DNA of 64,000 nucleotides from Holosporales bacterium (GTDB lineage Bacteria; Pseudomonadota; Alphaproteobacteria; JAJTHO01). The stretch covers positions 14,191-78,190 of the forward strand of contig JBKCUA010000002.1 in assembly GCA_046318675.1 (NCBI GenBank), given 5' to 3'. Shown here one piece after another: positions 56,280-64,000 of the stretch (position 1 is the stretch's first letter; every line of letters begins with the position of its first letter). The notes under the pieces are model-generated. The model was not told where the DNA came from. It saw only the letters and a program-made list of their open reading frames with translations, and did no database searches. The position numbers were made by a program, and so were the translations under genes.

Positions 56280-57717
56280 TGATGCAATGCTTGAGGCCGC
56301 TGGTATTCATGGAGCCGTGGAACAGTCATTCACTGGTCTCGTTGCTGATTCCCGCCAGGTGCAACCTGGCATGGTGTTTTTTGCCATTCCTGGAGCTAAA
56401 GGCGATGGCAGTACCTATATTGCCGATGCCATCAGTCAAGGCGCGGGAGCTATTGTGGTTCCAGAAGGTACCGTTGTTAAAAACGTTAATATCCCCGTGC
56501 TCACCAGCACTCAAATTCGTCGTAGCCTCGCCTTGCTGGCTCGACAGCTTTATCCTCGGCAACCGGCAACCCTAGTAGCGGTAACAGGCACGAATGGCAA
56601 GAGCAGCGTGGTGCATTTCTGCCAGCAACTGTGGCAGCATTGCGGTGCTGAATCAGCTAGTATCGGTACCGTTGGAATTATTACTAAAAATCGCTTTATT
56701 CCCGGAGAGTTGACCACTCCTGGGGCATTGGAATTAATGCAAACTCTGAATCGGTTAGCTGACGAGGGGGTTACTCATGCTGCTTTAGAAGCTTCCAGCC
56801 ACGGCTTGGATCAGGAACGGCTGACGGGTATTGTTTTGAAAGCAGCTGCTTTTTTAAATTTAACCCGGGATCATTTAGATTATCATGGTACGATGGATGC
56901 GTATGCGGCGGCGAAATTGCGGATTTTTGGGGAATTGTTGCCTGAGGGCGGTGCGGCGGTCTTGAATATTGATGCGGCATACGCTGATGCGGCCAAGACG
57001 ATTATTGCCAAACGTCGCCAGAAACTAATTACAGTATCATCTAGAAAATCAGCAGATATTCAAATAATTAATATTATTCCGCGTTTAGCAGGGACGAGCG
57101 TTGAAGTGCGATGCTGGGGTGAAAATGTAATATTCGAGACACCTATTGTTGGCGGTTTTCAAATGGAAAACATGGTAGCAGCGTTGGGGCTAGTTGTAGG
57201 GAGTGGGACGGTTTTGGGTGCTGTTGATGTGGCCAGATTGTTGCCTTTGTTAGGAGCCGTACGGGGACGGTTGGAGCGTGTTAGCCCTGATGACAGTGAT
57301 ATTGCAGTATATGTTGATTATGCTCATACCCCCGATGGCTTGGAAACGGCGTTGAAGGCACTTCGTCTTCATACACAGGGTAAGCTTTTTGTTGTTTTTG
57401 GCTGTGGTGGTAATCGCGATACTGGCAAACGGCCATTAATGGGAGCGATTGCCAGGCGTTGCGCCGATGTGGTGCTGGTCACAGATGATAACCCTCGGTT
57501 TGAAAATGCGGCGTTGATTCGTGCTGCCATTATTGCTGGGGCTCCGGGAGCGCAAAATATAGGTGATCGTGGGTTGGCGATTGCCGCAGCAGTTAATCAG
57601 GCGCGGCCAGGTGATGTGATTTTATTAGCGGGCAAGGGTCACGAAACGGGGCAGATCATCGGTGATATAGCGGTACCGTTTTCGGATCAGGAAGCAGTGA
57701 AGAGATTGTTTATATAG
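56266..57717 (+). CDS. murE: UDP-N-acetylmuramoyl-L-alanyl-D-glutamate--2,6-diaminopimelate ligase
   Basis: Mur ligase P-loop VTGTNGKSS, and DNPR motif in the C-terminal domain (TDDNPRFE). Confidence 0.9.
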   Translation: MPIVNDAMLEAAGIHGAVEQSFTGLVADSRQVQPGMVFFAIPGAKGDGSTYIADAISQGAGAIVVPEGTVVKNVNIPVLTSTQIRRSLALLARQLYPRQPATLVAVTGTNGKSSVVHFCQQLWQHCGAESASIGTVGIITKNRFIPGELTTPGALELMQTLNRLADEGVTHAALEASSHGLDQERLTGIVLKAAAFLNLTRDHLDYHGTMDAYAAAKLRIFGELLPEGGAAVLNIDAAYADAAKTIIAKRRQKLITVSSRKSADIQIINIIPRLAGTSVEVRCWGENVIFETPIVGGFQMENMVAALGLVVGSGTVLGAVDVARLLPLLGAVRGRLERVSPDDSDIAVYVDYAHTPDGLETALKALRLHTQGKLFVVFGCGGNRDTGKRPLMGAIARRCADVVLVTDDNPRFENAALIRAAIIAGAPGAQNIGDRGLAIAAAVNQARPGDVILLAGKGHETGQIIGDIAVPFSDQEAVKRLFI

Positions 57718-57720
57718 TTG

Positions 57721-57868
57721 AGGGCACCTCTATTAACCTCATTTCTAGGGCGATTGGCGTCGTCAGGTCTATGCTCGCAATCCGCACGTACGTTTGAGTA
57801 CGCTTACGTTTGCTCGCCTAGCCCTTTCTATCCACTCATCCCGATAAATGGGTTAATAGAGGTGCCCT
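57721..57868. repeat. about 150-bp palindromic element bounded by 18-bp perfect inverted repeats (MITE-like / structured intergenic element)
   Basis: AGGGCACCTCTATTAACC (57721-57738) and its exact reverse complement GGTTAATAGAGGTGCCCT (57851-57868). Nested imperfect complementarity (CTAGGGCG ... CGCCTAG; CGTACG-type palindromes) lies inside. Confidence 0.6.
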
Positions 57869-57948
57869 TGAGTCATAGCCGATTTCATAATTAATAACGC
57901 TTTGAATAGATAACACCTAACATCTTGAACGCAAAGCAGTCCAATTTT

Positions 57949-58803
57949 TTAGCGTTGCACCACAACACAATCAATCGCCTTTATCTGTAATTCTTGACAG
58001 ACTCGGACAGCATCGGCTCGATTTGCCCAAGAGCCAGCTTGTAAGCGATAAAAAGTTCCTTTGGCTGTGGTGACGGGTTCAATGAATTTCTTAACTTTGT
58101 TGAGAGTGGCAACGCGATTGCGTAGTGTGTCCCATGTTTTGTTGGCTTGCGCTTCGGAATTAGATGCTACTAATTGAACGCGATAGGCACCGTTGGTGAT
58201 GGGTCGGACAGCGGCAGGTGGTATAAGTTTTTTCGTTATGATAGCAGTGGAAGGATCTTTAATGACTTGTTCTGCTTTTTTTTCTATTTTTTTCTCTATT
58301 TTTGGTGCTACCTCAATAATATTGGTTTTCTTTTCTGGAGTTTCGGTTTCTTCTTTGGTTGCAGATAGCGGTTTTAATACAGTATAGGTATGCGAAGATA
58401 GATTATCTTGGGGGTTATTATTCTGGGCAGTATTGTTCAAGGGCTGTTCGGGTGTGGGTAAAACAGTATCTGTTTCTGGTTGCATGGCGATTTCTGGATT
58501 AACTGAACGATAGACGAGTTTGTCTTGATCGGGAATGGCCATGCCTTCAGGATTGGCAGGTCGTATACGGGTATAGCTTGTCTCTGGTGTTAGTACCGCT
58601 AAAGACGTTTCATCGGTTTTGTTTTGTGAGCGTGAAAAGCTATATCCAACAAAAACTGCAGCAACGGCTAACATTATTAAGCCTGCTAAAAGCTTGGGCA
58701 GGGAAACCACGCGTGTTTCCGCGGTCAAGCGTGGGGAGGAATTTTCCGCCAGTGGCGGGGTATATGAATCAGAAGGTTTTTGTTTATAAAGTAAGTTTAA
58801 CAT
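57949..58803 (-). CDS. SPOR-domain (peptidoglycan-binding) membrane protein
   Basis: N-terminal TM anchor, low-complexity linker, C-terminal SPOR domain (YRVQLVASNSEAQANKTWDTL...FYRLQAGSWANRADAVRVCQEL). Confidence 0.7.
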   Translation of the reverse strand: MLNLLYKQKPSDSYTPPLAENSSPRLTAETRVVSLPKLLAGLIMLAVAAVFVGYSFSRSQNKTDETSLAVLTPETSYTRIRPANPEGMAIPDQDKLVYRSVNPEIAMQPETDTVLPTPEQPLNNTAQNNNPQDNLSSHTYTVLKPLSATKEETETPEKKTNIIEVAPKIEKKIEKKAEQVIKDPSTAIITKKLIPPAAVRPITNGAYRVQLVASNSEAQANKTWDTLRNRVATLNKVKKFIEPVTTAKGTFYRLQAGSWANRADAVRVCQELQIKAIDCVVVQR

Positions 58804-58808
58804 TTTTT

Positions 58809-60542
58809 TTACATCTCTTCTGCAGGCGTGATATTAAGGAGATTAAAACCAGCGGCAAGAATTATTTTTACCGCACTGACTAATACAAGTCGCGGTGCGC
58901 TCATAACAAAGTCTTCCGGAAAAAGAAAGCGCAATTGAGTGTTTTCACGACCCTTATTCCATAGCGCGTGAAAAACTGTTGCTATTTCTATCATATATAG
59001 TGCGATGCGGTGTGGCTCTGCGTGGCGACCGGCCAGCTCCAGTTGTCTTCCCCACCCGGCCAGAAGCCGTGTTAGGGCTATTTCCAGAGGATCATCAATG
59101 TTTTTTAAGGATATTTCATTAAGATCATTGACTCTATTGCCAAATAAGCTATGCGCGTGGCGCAACACTGAAGCGCACCGGGCGTGGGCATATTGAACAT
59201 AAAAAACGGGATTGTCCTTGGTTTGTTGGCGCACTAAGTCCAAATCAAAATCAAATATTTGATCATTTTTTCGGGTGAGCAGCATAAATCGAACCACGTC
59301 TTGGCCAACCTCGTCCACTAAATCCCGCGCCGTTATAAATGTTCCGGCTCGCTTAGACATTTTATAGGGTTGTCCATCTTTATAAAGATTGACTAATTGA
59401 CATACCAGCACATCCAAGGGGACACTTCCGCCGGATAATGCTGATACTACAGCTTTTAATCGTTTAACATAACCAATGTGATCTGCCCCGAGAATGGTCA
59501 CTAACCGGGTAAACCCGCGGTGTAGTTTATCGGCATGGTACGCAACATCGCCAGCGAAATAGGTGTTACTTCCATCTGCTTTCTTAAGCGGACGATCGAG
59601 ATCATCGCCAAATTGGGCACTACGAAACAGCAGCTGCGGCCTATCTTCCCAGTCTTCGGAAAACTGGCCTTTTGGGGGAGGGATCGTTCCCTCATAAACT
59701 AATTCAAGATTTTTTAATAGTTCAATCGATCGTTCAATGTCCCCATTTTGTTGGAGAGCTTCCTCAGATGTGAATACATCAAATTCTACCCCTAGCACCG
59801 CCAGGTCGGCGCGTACTCGATCTAGCATGGCGTTGACAGCGGTTCGACGAAACACCGGAAGCCAAACGGCCTCATTGGTTTTGAGCCATTTATCTCCATC
59901 ACGGGTGGCGATATCTTCAGCAACGGGGAGTAGATATTCCCCCGGATACCATCCGGCGGGTAGTTCTCCCGGGTTTTCCCCCAGCACGATTTGATAGCGA
60001 TAGTACACGGAGCGAGCTAAGGTTTGCACTTGGCTTCCGGCATCATTTACGTAGTATTCACTCTTCACCAAGGCCCCTAGATGAGTGAATAATCGCCCTA
60101 GAATATCGCCAAACACTGCCCCTCGTGTATGACCAATGTGTAAGGGGCCGGTAGGGTTAGCAGAGCAATATTCAATATTGACGGACATCCCTTGAAAGAG
60201 ATCGCTCCGACCATAGGCTATACCGTGTTTTAGAATGGCGTTCAGTTCATTGTGCCAGAAGCTGGCTTCAAAACGCATATTAACAAACCCAGACATAGGA
60301 ACAGCACTAATAAGCTTTGGAACTGTTTTATTAAGAATTTTTGCTAATCTTTCAGATATATCCGTTGGATTGTTACCCAACGGTTTTGCTAAAATTAAGG
60401 CTGCGTTTGTGGCCACCTCCCCATGGGCAGAATCTCGGCATGGTTCTATAGTGATTTTATCTGGTGAGAATGCAGCCGATTCTGCTATTTCGTTTACTGC
60501 GTTTAAAATACAATCATGTAACTTCTTGTAACAATGGGTCAT
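58809..60542 (-). CDS. argS: arginine--tRNA ligase
   Basis: 577 aa, class I HIGH-type motif (PTGPLHIGHTRGA), and C-terminal DALR anticodon-binding domain. Confidence 0.9.
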   Translation of the reverse strand: MTHCYKKLHDCILNAVNEIAESAAFSPDKITIEPCRDSAHGEVATNAALILAKPLGNNPTDISERLAKILNKTVPKLISAVPMSGFVNMRFEASFWHNELNAILKHGIAYGRSDLFQGMSVNIEYCSANPTGPLHIGHTRGAVFGDILGRLFTHLGALVKSEYYVNDAGSQVQTLARSVYYRYQIVLGENPGELPAGWYPGEYLLPVAEDIATRDGDKWLKTNEAVWLPVFRRTAVNAMLDRVRADLAVLGVEFDVFTSEEALQQNGDIERSIELLKNLELVYEGTIPPPKGQFSEDWEDRPQLLFRSAQFGDDLDRPLKKADGSNTYFAGDVAYHADKLHRGFTRLVTILGADHIGYVKRLKAVVSALSGGSVPLDVLVCQLVNLYKDGQPYKMSKRAGTFITARDLVDEVGQDVVRFMLLTRKNDQIFDFDLDLVRQQTKDNPVFYVQYAHARCASVLRHAHSLFGNRVNDLNEISLKNIDDPLEIALTRLLAGWGRQLELAGRHAEPHRIALYMIEIATVFHALWNKGRENTQLRFLFPEDFVMSAPRLVLVSAVKIILAAGFNLLNITPAEEM

Positions 60543-60553
60543 AGGACGCTACC

Positions 60554-61432
60554 TTACGCAGGCTTTTCTAGAAAAACAAGTCTATCCCGCCCAGACATAT
60601 CTTTGATGACTTCACGGCAGTGTAATGGAGCGTGCACCAGCGCAGGAACCCCTTGTCCTTGATCAAAACCTATTTCAAACAGTGCTATGCCACCATGTCT
60701 CAGCAATTTGTTTGCTGCAGGAATGAGTTGGCGGTAGGCATTGAGGCCATCCTCGCCACCGTCTAGGGCTACGATGGGATCGTAGTCTAATACTGTTTTT
60801 TCTAGATTTGCTAATACTTTGCTTTTTATATAGGGAGGATTGCTAATCATCAGATCAAACTGTCCTGTCAAGGCGGTATCCCAATCACTTGCCACCCATT
60901 GTACTCTTGTGTGAACCCCAAGGTCATAGGCGTTGGCGGCCGCTACGTGCAAGGCTGGAATGCTTTTGTCAACGCCAACCCCAATAGAATCCTTTATCTC
61001 TTTTATTGTTGAGATGAGTAAACATCCACTTCCTGTGCCAAAATCTATTATACGGGGACGAGCTGGAAGATGCGTGATGAGTCGTTGCACCATAATCAAG
61101 AGACTTTCGCTATCAGTTCTAGGCTCAAGAACATCGGGTGTTATTTTAAAATGCTCTCCCCAGAAAATTCCTTTACCAATAATACGAGCTAAGGGTTCCC
61201 CAGCTTTTCGGCGTTGCGCTGTGGCTAAAGCCTGTGCGTATTGGGTCGGGGTAAGAGTGGCTTTGTTGTTTAATAAATCTTTGAAAGAAAGTGAAAATAG
61301 TTCTTGTAGAAGCCATCGAGTTTCACGCTGTGGGTCATCAATTCCGACTAAAATGCGTACAATATCTTGCCGCACTTTTAATAAGGGTACTGGTCGTTCT
61401 GTCATCATAATTACATAGGGGTATGCCGTCAT
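60554..61432 (-). CDS. prmC: release factor glutamine N5-methyltransferase PrmC (HemK)
   Basis: SAM motif IDFGTGSGCL and catalytic NPPY (LMISNPPYI). The start may be an internal Met about 9 codons in. Confidence 0.85.
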   Translation of the reverse strand: MTAYPYVIMMTERPVPLLKVRQDIVRILVGIDDPQRETRWLLQELFSLSFKDLLNNKATLTPTQYAQALATAQRRKAGEPLARIIGKGIFWGEHFKITPDVLEPRTDSESLLIMVQRLITHLPARPRIIDFGTGSGCLLISTIKEIKDSIGVGVDKSIPALHVAAANAYDLGVHTRVQWVASDWDTALTGQFDLMISNPPYIKSKVLANLEKTVLDYDPIVALDGGEDGLNAYRQLIPAANKLLRHGGIALFEIGFDQGQGVPALVHAPLHCREVIKDMSGRDRLVFLEKPA

Positions 61433-61775
61433 TTTTTGGGTTATTCAACAGTATAAAAGTTAGCATGGTTTTTTTAGCAGTGTTGTTGAAAAAATAGCCT
61501 TGACAGATGCTGTTTTTGTTCACTATAAAGTGTTGTTTGTAATGAATGTTTTTAGAGGCTTTTCTTTCATTTTGTGATCTTTTGTTCATTGATTTATCGC
61601 AATAAAATTTTCTTTAAAGTATTAAAAATTTATCCATCCGACTGTGTGGGTTGAGTTCAATGTGTTCTAATTTGGCAATATAGAAAAAATAATTATAAAA
61701 CAAAAATTTACTATTATATTAAAAATAGCATAAAAATCATTTCGATGCCGATTTAAGAAAGTGCTTTTGTAGAAC

Positions 61776-61802
61776 AGGAATGATTTTTCAAAAATCATTC
61801 CT
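61776..61802. promoter_or_regulatory. perfect 27-bp palindrome in the AT-rich prmC/ribE divergent intergenic region (candidate operator)
   Basis: AGGAATGATTTTT-C-AAAAATCATTCCT has 13-bp arms and is perfectly symmetric. It lies about 138 bp upstream of the ribE ATG. Confidence 0.4.
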
Positions 61803-61939
61803 GCTTGCTAATGATGGTTTTGAAATATTTTGCCGAATAAATACTTATGTGATTGTTTAATATGATTTTTTAATTGAGCGGTAATGGCGATCATTAAAAG
61901 ACTGGTTCTTTGCTGTGCTTTTTCGTATAGGAGAGCAGT

Positions 61940-62545
61940 ATGTTTACAGGTATCGTTCGTTATTGCGGCATCATAAGTGCTTTATCGGGTCGCGCCTCCG
62001 ATGTTGCTAAGGGTCTAATAATAACTGTTAGTGTCTCTGAGGGTTTTTCACCGTTGTTGGTGGGAGGTTCTATTGCGTGCAATGGTATCTGTTTAACAGT
62101 TACTTCATTTGAAAGTAATTTGTTTTATGTGGATATCTCTCCAGAGACCCTTTCATGCACTTCTGCCAATCAATGGCAGGTCGGAACACCGTTGAATCTA
62201 GAGCCGGCATTGCGTCTAGGGGATGCAATGGATGGGCATTTAGTTAGTGGTCACGTTGATGCCGTGGTGCAGATATTTAACATTCACTCATTTTTAAAAT
62301 TTACAGAAGTTTCATTTCTGATGAATGAAAAAATAAAAAAGTATATTGCTCCCAAGGGGTCTGTGACTATTGATGGTGTTTCTCTTACAGTTAATAGCGT
62401 TTCTGATAACATTTTTACTGTGATGATTGTGCCCCACACTTGGGAAAATACTATTTTTTCTTATTATAGGCCGGGTACTTGGGTTAATATTGAGGTTGAC
62501 CTTATTGCGCGGTATCTGGCTCGTTTTCTTGAGGTTAAACCATAA
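61940..62545 (+). CDS. ribE: riboflavin synthase (alpha subunit)
   Basis: MFTGIV N-terminus, two lumazine-binding repeats (GICLTV / GVSLTV). Confidence 0.9.
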   Translation: MFTGIVRYCGIISALSGRASDVAKGLIITVSVSEGFSPLLVGGSIACNGICLTVTSFESNLFYVDISPETLSCTSANQWQVGTPLNLEPALRLGDAMDGHLVSGHVDAVVQIFNIHSFLKFTEVSFLMNEKIKKYIAPKGSVTIDGVSLTVNSVSDNIFTVMIVPHTWENTIFSYYRPGTWVNIEVDLIARYLARFLEVKP

Positions 62546-62547
62546 CC

Positions 62548-63609
62548 ATGCTAGCTTCAGTTGAAGAAATTATCAAAGAAATCAAATGTGGAAATCAGGT
62601 TATCTTGGTAGACGATGAAGATCGGGAGAATGAAGGTGATTTAATTATTGCGGCTTCAGCGTGCACTCCTGAAGTTATTAATTTTATGGCAAAATTTGGC
62701 AGGGGATTGATTTGTCTTGCTTTAACAGAAGAGAGAGCAAGGTTTTTGCGGCTCAGTCTTCAGCCTCAATCCCATGGCCGTCGTTTTGAAACCGCCTTTA
62801 CTGTATCTATTGAGGCGCGCCATGGTGTAACCACTGGTATTTCTGCCGCTGATAGGTCGCGAACTATTGCCGTTGCAATTGATAAACAATCAACTGTAGA
62901 TGATTTGGTTACGCCTGGCCATATTTTTCCTCTTATTGCCAAAGACGGTGGTGTTTTAGTTCGAGCGGGACATACCGAGGCAAGTGTTGATTTAGCTCGC
63001 CTTGCAGGGTTGTTTCCGGCGGCGGTTATTTGCGAAATTATGAACGACGATGGCACAATGGCTAGGATGCCTGATTTGCGAAATTTTGCGACTGTTCATA
63101 ATTTGAAAATTGGTTCCATCGCTGAACTAATCGCCTTCCGTCGTCAAAACGAGTCTATGCTTATTATTAAAAGTGAACACTCAATAAAACCTTTTGGTTG
63201 CGCTGGTTTTCGCGGGGTGATTTTTGAAAATACTTTGACTAAAACGGAGCATTTGGCGCTTGTGCATGGTCAATGGCAAGAAAACGATATTGTGCCTACA
63301 CGGATGCACCGTCTCGATGTTTTTAGCGATGTTCTCCACGCGAAAGAAGGAACATTAAATCGTTCACTCAATTATATATCAAGTAAACCATTTGGCGTGG
63401 CTATATTGCTTCGTGAGCCTGTACCGGATGCTTTGAGCCGTTCTCTCGCCGCACCGCCAGTTCACCCTGTTTTGCGAGAATATGGGGTGGGGGCACAAAT
63501 TCTTCGCGCTCTTGGCATACGGCGGATAGAGCTACTTACTACTTCTGAAAAGAATCTAGCTGGGTTGGAGGGCTTTGGTCTCGACATTGCTAGCGTGCGG
63601 GCGGTATAA
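62548..63609 (+). CDS. ribB: 3,4-dihydroxy-2-butanone-4-phosphate synthase fused to a GTP-cyclohydrolase-II-like domain lacking the zinc cysteines (RibBX type)
   Basis: N-terminal DHBPS motifs ([16 protein letters not shown]; RAGHTEAS). In the C-terminal GCHII-like domain the Cys-x2-Cys...Cys Zn site is replaced ([20 protein letters not shown]). Confidence 0.8.
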   Translation: MLASVEEIIKEIKCGNQVILVDDEDRENEGDLIIAASACTPEVINFMAKFGRGLICLALTEERARFLRLSLQPQSHGRRFETAFTVSIEARHGVTTGISAADRSRTIAVAIDKQSTVDDLVTPGHIFPLIAKDGGVLVRAGHTEASVDLARLAGLFPAAVICEIMNDDGTMARMPDLRNFATVHNLKIGSIAELIAFRRQNESMLIIKSEHSIKPFGCAGFRGVIFENTLTKTEHLALVHGQWQENDIVPTRMHRLDVFSDVLHAKEGTLNRSLNYISSKPFGVAILLREPVPDALSRSLAAPPVHPVLREYGVGAQILRALGIRRIELLTTSEKNLAGLEGFGLDIASVRAV

Positions 63610-63617
63610 TCTTCGCT

Positions 63618-64000
63618 ATGCTTCGCGCTTTGATTGTGTCCACTTCTTACTATCCTGTCATTTCCAGATTTTTGGAAGAAGGTGCCCGTCGCGCATTGCT
63701 TCTTCATGTTGCTCCTGCACTTATTATTGTTCCAGGCGCACTGGAAATTCCCTCGGCTATTGCGGCTTATGCTAATCAATATGATATATTCGTTGCCCTT
63801 GGTTGTGTTATTCGTGGAGAAACAAGTCATTATGATGTTGTTGTCCAGCAGAGTGCCACTGGGCTAACTGAATTAGCCATACACCAGAATTTAGTAATTG
63901 GTAACGGAATCTTAACCGTTGAAAATACTTTCCAAGCACTGCATCGAGCCAATCCGGCTTATGGTAACAAAGGAGGTGAAGCGGCTAGAGCCGCTTTGGC
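63618..64000 (+). CDS. ribH: 6,7-dimethyl-8-ribityllumazine synthase (3'-truncated by window edge)
   Basis: MLRALIVSTS...PGALEIPSAIAAYANQYDIFVALGCVIRGETSHYDVV...GNKGGEAARAAL matches the lumazine synthase family. Follows ribE-ribB. Confidence 0.85.
   Translation, partial: MLRALIVSTSYYPVISRFLEEGARRALLLHVAPALIIVPGALEIPSAIAAYANQYDIFVALGCVIRGETSHYDVVVQQSATGLTELAIHQNLVIGNGILTVENTFQALHRANPAYGNKGGEAARAAL

Noticed and set aside
61433-61939. FMN riboswitch (RFN element) expected upstream of ribE
   Set aside because: I looked for the conserved GGGTGAAATTCC / CCGGCGGT / GGATGGGAGA cores and did not find them. The region is instead uniformly AT-rich.
1-64000. CRISPR arrays, tRNA/rRNA genes, integrase or transposase genes
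   Set aside because: No spaced short direct repeats, no tRNA-like cloverleaf candidates in the intergenic regions over 100 bp, and no recombinase-like ORF were seen. The repeat-flanked insertion therefore lacks an obvious autonomous mobility gene.

Overview
This 64-kb window is a chromosomal segment that looks alphaproteobacterial. The basis is gene content and order: Tim44-domain protein, AsmA/YhdP-family proteins, FtrB/FtrC-type iron uptake, a large NAD-GDH, phasin, and the fragments of the dcw and ribosomal-protein clusters. Most of it is GC-rich housekeeping coding sequence. From start to end:

- **1-3.2 kb:** the tail of the spc ribosomal-protein operon (rpsE-rpmD-rplO-secY-adk).
- **3.3-6.4 kb:** an orphan RND (AcrB-like) pump.
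- **6.6-9.7 kb:** sucD, a phasin and ahcY.
- **9.7-13.2 kb:** a PAS sensor-kinase-like gene and rpoN.
- **13.3-15.7 kb:** tsaC/sua5, bamD and a lipoprotein.
- **15.7-19.1 kb:** mreD-like, mrdA and mrdB.
- **19.1-23.6 kb:** a ubiH-like monooxygenase, thrS and glmU.
- **23.6-25.6 kb:** a small redox cluster: thioredoxin-like ferredoxin, an unlisted DUF2256-like zinc-ribbon ORF, and an FeS-BCP-type photolyase/cryptochrome.
- **25.6-28.4 kb:** aroQ, rplS, trmD and dnaJ.
- **28.4-36.3 kb:** a 1628-aa NAD-glutamate dehydrogenase and the first of two AsmA/YhdP-like giant envelope proteins.
- **36.5-40.9 kb:** a Tim44-like protein, a YgaP-like rhodanese, a methyltransferase-like protein, a CinA-C protein, an orphan Dam-class N6-adenine methyltransferase and rlmE.
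- **40.9-45.1 kb:** the second AsmA protein, rluC and a GT32-like DXD glycosyltransferase.
- **47.9-49.2 kb:** cysG.
- **52.9-57.7 kb:** the 5' part of the dcw cluster (mraZ-rsmH-ftsL-ftsI-murE), broken off after murE.
- **57.9-64.0 kb:** a SPOR protein, argS, prmC, and ribE-ribBX-ribH.

The most unusual region is about 45.1-52.9 kb.

- **Flanked insertion:** a low-GC 421-aa orphan ORF sits between perfect 61-bp direct repeats. The repeat copy proximal to FTR1 (46661-46721) is the 3' end of the FTR1 (ftrC-like) iron permease gene; the distal copy (45175-45235) is a displaced, diverged gene-end remnant. The ORF is driven by a promoter whose -35/-10 spacer carries a (TA)7 tract.
- **Iron uptake:** an FtrB-like cupredoxin/FTR1 pair lies downstream, preceded by a Fur-box-like motif.
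- **Giant orphan:** a second low-GC ORF of about 1131-1162 aa has its stop overlapping the cysG start (ATGA). An orphan intrinsic terminator sits between it and mraZ.

The two low-GC orphans are the best candidates for a horizontally acquired, undescribed function (effector, toxin or defence). Nothing in the sequence alone proves what they do.
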